A DNA stretch of 34,743 nt, from positions 1-34,743 of the forward strand of contig CAZBPC010000027.1 in NCBI GenBank assembly GCA_964493715.1, in the 5' to 3' direction. The translations under genes and the position numbers were made by a program. Below are positions 1-8,891 of this stretch, piece after piece (positions within the stretch are counted from its first letter, which is position 1; the number at the start of each line of letters is the position of its first letter). The notes under the pieces were generated by a model. The model was not told where the DNA came from. It made no database searches and saw only the letters and a program-made list of their open reading frames with translations. Source of the stretch: an uncultured archaeon. GTDB lineage: Archaea; Asgardarchaeota; Lokiarchaeia; Sigyniarchaeales; SOKP01.

Positions 1-46
1 AAAAAAATAAATAATTTAATTTGAATTTAAGAGGTGTAAGAATAAA

Positions 47-1126
47 TTGGTAAAAGATTGGGCTGCATCTGTAAATAGAATATTCAGGACAATAGGTGGA
101 TCAAAAAGAGTTGATAAAGTTCCGTTTCTTGCATTCGCTGGGGAACAAATGATTTGTCGAGTGACCGGAAAAACTGTGAAAGAATTATATAGTTCCCCAA
201 AAATTTATGCTAATGCTATTATAAGCACTTTTGAGTTTTTGGATGCCGATTCAATAAATGTTCCAAGTGCTTACGCGGGTCCAATTGAAGCTTTAGCATT
301 TGCAGAGGCGAACAACAAGTTAGATGCAATTAAATGGTTTGATTATAAACCTCTAATGTGTAAACAAGGAATAATTTGTAAAACTGAAGAAGATATTGAT
401 AACCTGGAAATTCCAGATCATGGTAAGATTAATATTTGGAAAACTTCCTTACAAGCAGCAAAAATGATTAATGAAAAAATTCATTTCCCCCAAGTAATTA
501 GTTTGAGTATTTGGTCTGTTGTTCAGGAGTTGCGTGGTATAGAAGCCTATAAGGACATGCGTCGAAATCCGGATTTATTATTAAAACTATGCGAAAAAGT
601 TTATGAATCTCAAATGGATGTGTATGAAAATTGGCTTGAAATAGTTGGCATGCCTCCTAATGTTTTTATTGCTGGATACTCATTTAACCGTCACATGATG
701 AGTTTTCAAGATGCCATGCGCTATGAAGGTCAGTTTATTAAGAGGATGATGAATAAAATAAAAGTTCCTTTTATGCTTCATAATTGTGGAATTTCACCAT
801 ATTTCACAGAAGTTGTTAAGGAAATTGACTTTATTGCCGTGAATGGTAGCCATCCGTTAGACATTGAATATTGGATTGATTTTAAAAAGCAACATCCAAA
901 AATTGTAATAATAGGAGCCAATATTGACGTGAGTCGAGAAATGCTCACGGGAACTCCTTCTGATGTTGAAGAAAAGGTAAAAGAAAACATCTTAAGCTTA
1001 GCTCCTGGAGGTAGATATATATGTTGTCCCGTTTGTAGCTTACCATGGGGGGTTCCTATTCCAAATATCTTAGCAATTCCAAGGGCAATCGAGAAATATG
1101 GGCATTACCCCATAAAAATAGATTAA
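47..1126 (+). CDS. Uroporphyrinogen decarboxylase / MtaA-CmuA (methylcobamide methyltransferase MT2) family protein
   Basis: 359 aa; family-like segments DKVPF, LRGIE..KDMRRNPD, GTPSDVEEKVK, LAPGGRYI; HxC (LHNCG) plus C-terminal Cys (CCPVC) as in Zn-binding MT2 enzymes. TTG start preceded by GAGGTG at 31-36. Confidence 0.8.
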   Translation: MVKDWAASVNRIFRTIGGSKRVDKVPFLAFAGEQMICRVTGKTVKELYSSPKIYANAIISTFEFLDADSINVPSAYAGPIEALAFAEANNKLDAIKWFDYKPLMCKQGIICKTEEDIDNLEIPDHGKINIWKTSLQAAKMINEKIHFPQVISLSIWSVVQELRGIEAYKDMRRNPDLLLKLCEKVYESQMDVYENWLEIVGMPPNVFIAGYSFNRHMMSFQDAMRYEGQFIKRMMNKIKVPFMLHNCGISPYFTEVVKEIDFIAVNGSHPLDIEYWIDFKKQHPKIVIIGANIDVSREMLTGTPSDVEEKVKENILSLAPGGRYICCPVCSLPWGVPIPNILAIPRAIEKYGHYPIKID

Positions 1127-1135
1127 AATCTAAAC

Positions 1136-2530
1136 TTAATCCATAGGTATATTCTGATAATTAATGAATTTCGAATAGATTTTTTTAAACATAATATTTT
1201 CTTTTTGTTTCCATTTCTCAAATAGTTCAACGCTTTTAGGGTAATTTTTATAATGGGCATTTATTTTTTTCATGGATCTTGAAAGAGAATTCAATTTTAG
1301 CAGTAATCTTGGCCGAGTGATTCCTTTTACGAATTTTTTTACCATTTTTATAAAATTTAAATTTAAGAGTCCATGATACATGAGGTCGGCAATATCATTT
1401 CCATCCAAAATTTTTTTCATGATTACAAAATTGAGATCATCTGATGAACCGTGTTGGAAAAAAAGTCTCATGACATCAGCAGAGGCATGTGCGGCTCCGA
1501 AATCTGTCATTATCCTATAATTATACTCCCATAATTTACGCAATGAGCAATCACCAGCATCTATGGCATCTTTAGCCACAACAGCAGCATAATAACCCGC
1601 TTTCATTCCTTTATCAATCCCCGCACCGTTAGCGGGATTAACTTGACAACCCGCATCTCCTACAAGCATTATGCCGTTGTCTGCACATGATGGTAAGGGT
1701 CTTCTGAGAGGGACAACACAACCAGCGGAGGACAAGATTTCAATGTCATCGTTTTTAATAAAACATTTGTGGGCATACTTCTGAAAATAGGTTTTAACTA
1801 ATCCTTTATGATGCAAAAATGTGCCTAATCCAATATTAACTATATTATCACTTTTAGGGAAACGCCAGAGATATCCCCCCGGAGTTCTTTGTCCTGGATC
1901 GACAACTAGAGTAGAATGAGCGGGAAGGGGTGTTTTTTCTTTAATATATCTTATATTCTCTCTATAACAAACAGCTAAATCCCATTTGGGTACTTCTTTG
2001 GAGATATAAATACTTTTTATATTTCTTCTAAGTGGAGAATGGATTCCACTCGCATCGATTATAATTTTTGCGTTAAGAATTTTTTTTTCCTCATGTTTTC
2101 GTTTCACTCGAACCCCACTAACGCTATTTTCATCATAAACTAAATCTATCGCTCTAGTGTTATCCATAAATTGGACATTTCCCGCCTCAATTGCTTCCTT
2201 GAGTAATTTTTGACCAAACCTTAATCGATCAACAAAGCACATTGGTACATCCAGGGATAAATAATTTTGTTCATCTGGACTATATAATCGAAGCGCTGAG
2301 TTCAGAGTTAATATCTCATCCCCCTTGCTAATGCTTAAATAATCCAAAATGGATGGATCTATCGCATCTCCACATATTTTATTACCGATTTGATGCTGTT
2401 CGCATGCGTCTATTAAACAAACTTTTAATCCAAATTGAGCCGCAAATCTCGCGCTAATGGAACCTGAAGTTCCAGCTCCAACAACAACGATATCGTAAGC
2501 ATCATTTGTAGGGTGCATTTTATAGACCAC
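1136..2530 (-). CDS. Geranylgeranyl reductase family FAD-dependent oxidoreductase (digeranylgeranylglycerophospholipid reductase-like)
   Basis: VVGAGTSG dinucleotide-binding motif, KICGD, IIDASG, PGGYLWRFP (YxWxFP motif), LVGDAG..VNP..GAGI. Start may be GTG 2530 or ATG 2518. Confidence 0.85.
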   Translation of the reverse strand: MVYKMHPTNDAYDIVVVGAGTSGSISARFAAQFGLKVCLIDACEQHQIGNKICGDAIDPSILDYLSISKGDEILTLNSALRLYSPDEQNYLSLDVPMCFVDRLRFGQKLLKEAIEAGNVQFMDNTRAIDLVYDENSVSGVRVKRKHEEKKILNAKIIIDASGIHSPLRRNIKSIYISKEVPKWDLAVCYRENIRYIKEKTPLPAHSTLVVDPGQRTPGGYLWRFPKSDNIVNIGLGTFLHHKGLVKTYFQKYAHKCFIKNDDIEILSSAGCVVPLRRPLPSCADNGIMLVGDAGCQVNPANGAGIDKGMKAGYYAAVVAKDAIDAGDCSLRKLWEYNYRIMTDFGAAHASADVMRLFFQHGSSDDLNFVIMKKILDGNDIADLMYHGLLNLNFIKMVKKFVKGITRPRLLLKLNSLSRSMKKINAHYKNYPKSVELFEKWKQKENIMFKKIYSKFINYQNIPMD

Positions 2531-2703
2531 CTGTACATAAACTACTGTTTAAGTTATTATATTTTTATAACTATAAATTAAATAATATTATTTTGGGTAG
2601 TTATTATTATTTCTGAACGTTAAACTCAGAGTATGATTCGTTTTTCAAATTATTCAAAATTCCCGTCTGATAATCTTAAATATAAGAAAATCTTCAGTTA
2701 CCA

Positions 2704-3168
2704 ATGAGATCTCTGTTAATTTTGTTTTCATATCATCATCATAACACTGAGAAAATCGCGAAGGTCTTTGCAAAAGTTCTTGATGCCCAAATAAAAACGC
2801 CAACTCAAATAAAGGCTGAAGAGATTCAAGAGTATGGTCTAATAGGCTTTGGCTCAGGGATCTATGGCGGAAAGCACCATGAGCTTCTGCTTGACCTTGC
2901 CGATACACTACCGCAAATCACCAACAAGAAAACTTTCATTTTCTCAACCAGTGCTATGATGGGTGAAGCCAAAGTTTCCACAGATCACTCGCTGCTCAGA
3001 GAAAAACTGCAATCGAAAGGTTACATGATTGTTGATGAATTTAGTTGTAAGGGATTTAACACAAATAGTTTCTTAAAATATTTTGGGGGAATGAATAAGG
3101 GCAGACCGAATGCTGAAGACCTCAAACATGCGGAAGAGTTTGCCCAGAACCTGAAACAGAAACTGTAA
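2704..3168 (+). CDS. Flavodoxin family protein
   Basis: SYHHHNTEKIA phosphate-binding loop variant, IGFGSGIY, FIFSTS, C-terminal GRPNAEDLKHAEEFA. Confidence 0.85.
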   Translation: MRSLLILFSYHHHNTEKIAKVFAKVLDAQIKTPTQIKAEEIQEYGLIGFGSGIYGGKHHELLLDLADTLPQITNKKTFIFSTSAMMGEAKVSTDHSLLREKLQSKGYMIVDEFSCKGFNTNSFLKYFGGMNKGRPNAEDLKHAEEFAQNLKQKL

Positions 3169-3227
3169 AAGAAATGAAACTTGAATAAAAGGTTTGATTT
3201 AATGAAGAGCAATTAAATTATGGAATT

Positions 3228-3566
3228 ATGATTATATCAATGAAAGATAACAATGATAAATCGGTAATTAAAAAGGTTACAGGTGTAACAAATGTGTTAA
3301 TGAAAACGAAAGCACTCATAAAGGTTTCAGATATAGATGTAGTGTGGTCTCGATTTGAAAATAAAGAAGAATTGATCACCGCATTGGATGATCACATTGA
3401 GAAACTAAGATCTCAAGATTTTGCTAAATTATGGAATTTGATCGTGCTTTTTGCTCCAACAGGAAGCCTACAGGAGATATCGATTAGTAGTGGTTGGTCG
3501 ACCGAATATTTAGCTCTTGCTTCTGAATTTGATATCGCTATAAATGAACTAAAACAAGTTATTTAA
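3228..3566 (+). CDS. Hypothetical protein (LFAPTGSLQEISISSGW motif)
   Basis: 112-aa ORF filling the intergenic gap; a decayed homologous fragment at 4228-4296 with several synonymous differences supports coding status. Confidence 0.7.
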   Translation: MIISMKDNNDKSVIKKVTGVTNVLMKTKALIKVSDIDVVWSRFENKEELITALDDHIEKLRSQDFAKLWNLIVLFAPTGSLQEISISSGWSTEYLALASEFDIAINELKQVI

Positions 3567-3691
3567 GGAAATCTTTGAATACAAAGAAAAAAATTGTCAT
3601 TTAAAATTCAGAATATATGAGTTTTTTAACTTCCTTTAGTTTGTTTTCCTTAATCGAAAATGTTCAAATTAATTAGAACACTTAATAAAGC

Positions 3692-4180
3692 ATGTCACTT
3701 CAGTTTAAAATTTGTATAACTATGGAAATATTCTTCATATTCGGTTTTTTTCCATTTATCGCTGTACAAGTAAATATTTTTTTTAAATGGCCCATAATCT
3801 TATCGATTTTTAACTTGATTGCCGGCATTTTATTTCTATTCATAGGTGGAATGATTATTATCAAATCTGCTAGGGATTTATTTTATAAACCACATCAAGA
3901 GATGATCAAACCCAACCGAGCCCCATCAAAATTCATTGAAACAGGGATTTTGCGATACGTCCGGAATCCGATGTATTTAGGGTATTTTTGTGTGGTTTTA
4001 AGTGAGTTTCTCCTTTTTGGTTATATCGCACTTTTGTTTTATTTTTTCATTCTAATCATCCTTGTGCACCTCGCCGTGGTTTATATGGAGGAACCGAGTT
4101 TGGAGGTTTCTTTTGGATCTGAGTATATTAATTATAAAAAGAGAGTAAATCGATGGATTCCAAAATTTCGATTAAAATAA
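3692..4180 (+). CDS. Isoprenylcysteine carboxyl methyltransferase / PEMT family membrane methyltransferase
   Basis: Hydrophobic helices; TGILRYVRNPMYLG and EEPSL..FGSEYINYKKRVNRWIP signature. Confidence 0.85.
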   Translation: MSLQFKICITMEIFFIFGFFPFIAVQVNIFFKWPIILSIFNLIAGILFLFIGGMIIIKSARDLFYKPHQEMIKPNRAPSKFIETGILRYVRNPMYLGYFCVVLSEFLLFGYIALLFYFFILIILVHLAVVYMEEPSLEVSFGSEYINYKKRVNRWIPKFRLK

Positions 4181-4227
4181 TTTTTAAAAAACGATGAATA
4201 TATTTAATCTATACTACTATAGTAGTT

Positions 4228-4296
4228 TTGATAACCTACGGGACTTGATCGTGCTTTTTACTCCTACAGGTAGGTAGCTTACAATAGATATCGATT
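4228..4296 (+). pseudogene. Decayed fragment homologous to the 3228-3566 gene
   Basis: 53/65 nt identical to 3421-3485 by manual alignment, with a 4-nt insertion (TAGG, 4271-4274) and GAG>TAG nonsense change; reads DNLRDLIVLFTPTG/SLQ*ISI versus AKLWNLIVLFAPTGSLQEISI. Confidence 0.8.
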
Positions 4297-4541
4297 GACT
4301 TTTACATTTACTTATCTATTTAAGTTTTAATTCGGAGTTAAGATTAGAATCTAAATTCTCGCACGTTTATAATGTGAGGCATGACCTTATAGCTACTACA
4401 GTTCCGAGTGAAGGTACATCATCCGTTATAGTTCCCTTCTTAGAATATTTAAATGGATCTCCATGTTCTCTTTCAAAGTTTTAAAATTAAATGGCATATA
4501 TATTATTATAAATTCTTAATGAAAATTGGGAAGAAAGTAAT

Positions 4542-5306
4542 ATGTCTAAAGAAGAAATAAAAAGTAATTCAACAAATAAATTCAATAATCCGCTTCTGGT
4601 AATTTTAATATTTCTTACGACTGCTCTCCAAATGCCCATTTTATTTTGGCCCGCCGGAACCATATATTGGGTGGAAGGGTGGATATATCTTGGAATTTTT
4701 TTCATTTCGTTTAGTTTTATCTTGGTTTCTCTTAATAATAAAAATCCTGAAATTTTAATAAATCGCATGAAAATGAAAAAGGAATCGTTTCGTATAAAGA
4801 AAGATATTGCAGGTACAGAAAGCAACATAATTAAGAAAGCTTCAGGAACTGATAAGTTTATACTCCCTCTTTTTGCTATCTTCTTTGCTGCTGTCTTTGT
4901 GATACCTGCGTTTGATAAAAGATACATTTGGTCGAACATATGGCTCTGGATTGAAATAATTGGTTTTGTTTTGCTTATAATCTCTTTCTATATCGTGTAT
5001 CGTGCAATGCTTGAAAACGCTTATGCATCAAAAGTATTAGATATACGAGAGGATTCTGGACAAAAACTTATAGACACGGGACCATATGCGATCGTTAGGC
5101 ATCCGATGTATTCTGGATTTGGACTCATGATAATTTCTTTAGCTCTGGGATTAGGATCATGGTATGCGTTAATTCCTGCAATCCTTGCCATCATATTCTT
5201 AGGAATCAGAATCAAATATGAGGAAGCAATGCTTGTAGAAGGACTCGAAGGATATAGGGAATATAAGGAAAGAGTGAAGTCCAAAATTATTCCTAAAATT
5301 TACTAA
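4542..5306 (+). CDS. Isoprenylcysteine carboxyl methyltransferase family membrane protein
   Basis: LFWPAGTIYWVEGW N-terminus, ENAYAS, QKLIDTGPYAIVRHPMYSG, RIKYEEAMLVEGLEGYREYKERV..IIP. Confidence 0.88.
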   Translation: MSKEEIKSNSTNKFNNPLLVILIFLTTALQMPILFWPAGTIYWVEGWIYLGIFFISFSFILVSLNNKNPEILINRMKMKKESFRIKKDIAGTESNIIKKASGTDKFILPLFAIFFAAVFVIPAFDKRYIWSNIWLWIEIIGFVLLIISFYIVYRAMLENAYASKVLDIREDSGQKLIDTGPYAIVRHPMYSGFGLMIISLALGLGSWYALIPAILAIIFLGIRIKYEEAMLVEGLEGYREYKERVKSKIIPKIY

Positions 5307-5473
5307 AATGCTAAAATAGAGGATTGGATTCTTTTGTAGTTAAAAGTTAATTAGAATTTACTCTTAAATATGGAAGAGTTCAGTTGGAGGTATTTCCATT
5401 GTGCTATATTTAAATAAAAAGAAGATTATATCTTTATCAAATGAACGAATCCAATGTGTTATGTGAAACCTAA

Positions 5474-6670
5474 ATGCTGGTTGATCCAAAATCAAAATCT
5501 AAGAAAATAATTCTAATTATCATACTTACTTCTGTGTTATCTTTATCGATAATAATATCTCTTCCTCTATTTCTAAATAGGAATAATGCTCCTGATGAGA
5601 TAATCCCAACTCCAGAATATCATTATTTAAGTGGTAATCTATATGACACGATAAATGAGAATGATTTTTCCTTCCAAAATAAATCAATTATAAATTTAAA
5701 TTCCACCCTAGTATATGAAAATAGGGTGGAAAGTATTGCAACTGGGTATGATTTTTTAGAAGCATCTTGGAATGGAACTGATTACGTTTTAAATAATACA
5801 TGTGTATTTAATTACGATTATAATGATTCCTTCATCAATTCAGTGGAATTTTATACGGATTACTTTGCCCGATCATCTTCAAATATGCCTCCTGTAGATT
5901 GGTATTTTTGGAATTTTAGTTCAAGCGAATTTCAATATAATCGAACTACAACATGGGGATTATCTAAAACTTTAGGATATGATTATTATAGTATTGGAAA
6001 GATAATGGTGAGAATCTTTTCTTATTCAAACGAAACATTTTCAATTATTCGCAAATTTAGTTCTACATTTGATTATGACGTTTATCGTGGAAAAGAGATT
6101 GTAAAATATATAGATCTTGGAGAGGCTTTCCAAATTCGATATAATAACATTACTTGGGATTCGAATGAAACCTTTTTAAAAGTTAAGTTATATTGGAGTG
6201 AATCCAATGATAATTTCACATGGAGTCAATATAAAATTTTTACTGATTTTTCTGGATTCGGCATGAGATACATAACATTAAACATTTCTGTCGAGCTGTT
6301 TAAAGAAAGCTATCTTTTCAATCAGATATCAATCAATTATGAAAATTGTTCTTACTATTATTATCATATAAATAAAACCATATTTGGTTTAGTAAATGAT
6401 ACGATTGAAAATATGGATTCTAAAGTATTCAATTTTACTTTTCTTAGCCTTTCTACGACTGAGCCCGTTTCTGAATCTATTATCCGAATCTATAACTATG
6501 CATTGGATCAATGGGATGCGTTTGGAGATTTTTCAATTCTAAAAATTCAAGATCTAAATGTTAGTCATTATTTTAGAGATATTTTGGGGTTTAAAATAAA
6601 TTTAAAAGCAAATGCTTCAGCATATTTTGAAATGAGTTATTCAATTCGTATTTCAATAAGTTTAATTTAA
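5474..6670 (+). CDS. Membrane-anchored or secreted surface protein, probable N-glycoprotein
   Basis: Basic N-terminus followed by a hydrophobic helix (KKIILIIILTSVLSLSIIISLPLFL); Asn/Ser/Tyr/Phe-rich remainder with 18 N-x-S/T sequons counted by hand. Confidence 0.7.
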   Translation: MLVDPKSKSKKIILIIILTSVLSLSIIISLPLFLNRNNAPDEIIPTPEYHYLSGNLYDTINENDFSFQNKSIINLNSTLVYENRVESIATGYDFLEASWNGTDYVLNNTCVFNYDYNDSFINSVEFYTDYFARSSSNMPPVDWYFWNFSSSEFQYNRTTTWGLSKTLGYDYYSIGKIMVRIFSYSNETFSIIRKFSSTFDYDVYRGKEIVKYIDLGEAFQIRYNNITWDSNETFLKVKLYWSESNDNFTWSQYKIFTDFSGFGMRYITLNISVELFKESYLFNQISINYENCSYYYYHINKTIFGLVNDTIENMDSKVFNFTFLSLSTTEPVSESIIRIYNYALDQWDAFGDFSILKIQDLNVSHYFRDILGFKINLKANASAYFEMSYSIRISISLI

Positions 6671-6699
6671 TAAGTAACTTGAAAAATGAGAATTTAATA

Positions 6700-8256
6700 T
6701 CATTCAGACGGCCATTTAAACCATTTATAAAACTGTATAATTCTTTTAAAGTACTTGGGATCAACCTCTTCTAATTTGGCAAAGGGCATATCTAGTATCT
6801 TTAAATACTCTAACAGATTTGGAAGGCGTTCCTTAAAATTATTATAATTTTTCCGATCTCTTTGTGTCCAACCGACTTCTGCCGTTGCAAATAAGCGAGG
6901 AAATGCTTGCCAACCTAACCTTTCTATATTTGGTACCCATTCAGTCCAGAGCGCTGCTTCTACCCCTAAAACATTTTGATGATATTTTTGATCTATTTTC
7001 TTTGGAATTGGTTCAAATTTATAGAATCTGTGCATTGGAAATAATAAATAGTTATAATCTAAGTAACTATGGGACATTTTCGATATTACAACCTTTCTTC
7101 CTTGCTTTACGCTTTTATGCAACTCCCGTTTTCTTCCTAGCCACCATTGAATGATCGTTGAATTATCTAAAGCCATATTAAGAATTTGATTCCATCCAAT
7201 GTTCGTTTTACCTTTTGATTTTAAAAAGTTGATGATTCGATCAACAAAATAAAAATACAAATCTTTTTCATCCTTCAAGCCTTCTTCTTTAATCCGAGCT
7301 TGACAATTCGAACAATTTTTCCATCTATCTTTGGGAGTTTCGTCTCCACCAATATGTATGAAGTTAGAAGGAAACAGATCAATTAATTCCATGAGAATTT
7401 TTTCTAGAAACTGAAACGTTTGTTCTTTTCCGGGACAATAAATGTCTTTATAAATTCCAGATTTGGTTTTAACTTCAATTTGATTACCAGTGCAGCTCAC
7501 TTCTGGGTATGATGCTATGACTGCTGAACAATGACCTGGAATCTCTACTTCGGGAATGACCTGAATGTATCTTTGTTTAGCATATTGGATAATTTCATTG
7601 ACTTCTCCGGCAGTATAAAAACCCTCGTGTGATATTCCCCGATATTTTTTTGATAAAAACCCTCCAATTTGCGTGTCCTTTCTCTTTGAGCCAATAGTAG
7701 CTAGTTTTGGATATTCTTTAATTTCAATTCGCCAGCCTTGGTCATCATTAAGATGCCAATGGAATCGATTCATTTTTAGAAACGCCATGATCTCAAGGAG
7801 CTTTTTAATTGTTTTAATTGGTTGATAGTGCCTACTCACATCAAGCATGAATCCCCGCCATAAAAATCGCGGATAATCTTCTATTGAGAGTCGTGGTATT
7901 TCAATTCTTTTTTCATTTTGTGACGAAAGGATTAATTGAAGTAGCGATTGTATCCCATAAAAAATACCTTGTGGCGTGCTCGATTGAATAGAGATTTCCT
8001 TACTTGCAATATTGAGTGAATATCCTTCTATACTTGGTAAAGATAAAGATGTTTCTAATTCAAGCTTAATGACATTCTGAAAGACTTTTGATACTCCAAT
8101 TTCTAATCTATACCCTAAGAGAATCATTAAGAATTCGTTTAAATAATTGATTAAGTCGAAACATTTTTCATTAGTTTGGATAATCGTTTCTGGTGAAAAA
8201 AGAAAAGTTCCTTCATAGAGCTCATACATTACTGGGAGAGGAATAATAGAACTCAT
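6700..8256 (-). CDS. Beta-N-acetylhexosaminidase, glycoside hydrolase family 20
   Basis: IEDYPRF.WRGFMLDVSRH, FHWHLNDDQGWR, IPEVEIPGH, catalytic HIGGDE, SYLDY, GVEAALWTE, FPRLFATAEVGW. No signal peptide evident. Confidence 0.95.
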   Translation of the reverse strand: MSSIIPLPVMYELYEGTFLFSPETIIQTNEKCFDLINYLNEFLMILLGYRLEIGVSKVFQNVIKLELETSLSLPSIEGYSLNIASKEISIQSSTPQGIFYGIQSLLQLILSSQNEKRIEIPRLSIEDYPRFLWRGFMLDVSRHYQPIKTIKKLLEIMAFLKMNRFHWHLNDDQGWRIEIKEYPKLATIGSKRKDTQIGGFLSKKYRGISHEGFYTAGEVNEIIQYAKQRYIQVIPEVEIPGHCSAVIASYPEVSCTGNQIEVKTKSGIYKDIYCPGKEQTFQFLEKILMELIDLFPSNFIHIGGDETPKDRWKNCSNCQARIKEEGLKDEKDLYFYFVDRIINFLKSKGKTNIGWNQILNMALDNSTIIQWWLGRKRELHKSVKQGRKVVISKMSHSYLDYNYLLFPMHRFYKFEPIPKKIDQKYHQNVLGVEAALWTEWVPNIERLGWQAFPRLFATAEVGWTQRDRKNYNNFKERLPNLLEYLKILDMPFAKLEEVDPKYFKRIIQFYKWFKWPSE

Positions 8257-8433
8257 ATCTATACTTTATTGGTTATTCGTCCTAATAATCTTTATGTTAC
8301 TAAAATAAGACATTTAATCAAGGTAAACTTCAAGAGAATACACATATTACTGGTGAGAATCCGAAGTGGGATTAATTAGTAAAAATTTAATCTAATAATT
8401 CATTGGAATATTTAATATTAAAGGTGTGTTAAA

Positions 8434-8841
8434 TTGAATCTAAAATCAAAAATTTTGTTTATAAAGATTGTGTATCTTATAGGATCCTTGTTAGATGGTT
8501 TAACTGGGCTTGATATGATACTTTCTACATTTATGCCAACTGCGGTTGCCATACCATATACCAGCACGACTCCAAGTTTTCAATTTGCAATGGGATGGGG
8601 CGCAGCTCTCATGTTTGGATGGACGGTGTTGTTATTATGGGGTGCATTAAAGCCAATAGAACGGAGGAGTGTCTTGCTATTTACAATTGTTCCAGTAGTT
8701 TCAGGTTTAATAATAACTGAACTTTTGATAGATCCAATTTTTATGGCCAACTTGCTTATTTTTCAATTCATTATAATCATTCCACTTTTCATTGCCGGAT
8801 ACATTTTAAGCTTGTTAATAAATACAAATTCTGAAATATGA
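8434..8841 (+). CDS. Hypothetical membrane protein (about 4 TM)
   Basis: Hydrophobic segments, GAALMFGWTVLLLW..KPIERR; TTG start 7 nt after GGTG (8423-8426); probably co-transcribed with the ABC genes. Confidence 0.75.
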   Translation: MNLKSKILFIKIVYLIGSLLDGLTGLDMILSTFMPTAVAIPYTSTTPSFQFAMGWGAALMFGWTVLLLWGALKPIERRSVLLFTIVPVVSGLIITELLIDPIFMANLLIFQFIIIIPLFIAGYILSLLINTNSEI

Positions 8842-8891
8842 TTAGCAAGTCTTTAGGTTATCGAGCGTGAAGATGAAGGAGGTTAATATTT

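Noticed and set aside
4300-4480. Possible ncRNA or minus-strand gene remnant (FEREHGDPFKYSKKGTITDDVPSLGTVVAIRSCLTL)
   Set aside because: No start codon for that frame, no recognisable RNA family motif or stable long stem; cannot be supported without a search.
2600-6700. Integron-like cassette array (run of unrelated co-oriented genes)
   Set aside because: No convincing attC-type RYYYAAC...GTTRRRY paired sites in the spacers and no integrase in the window.
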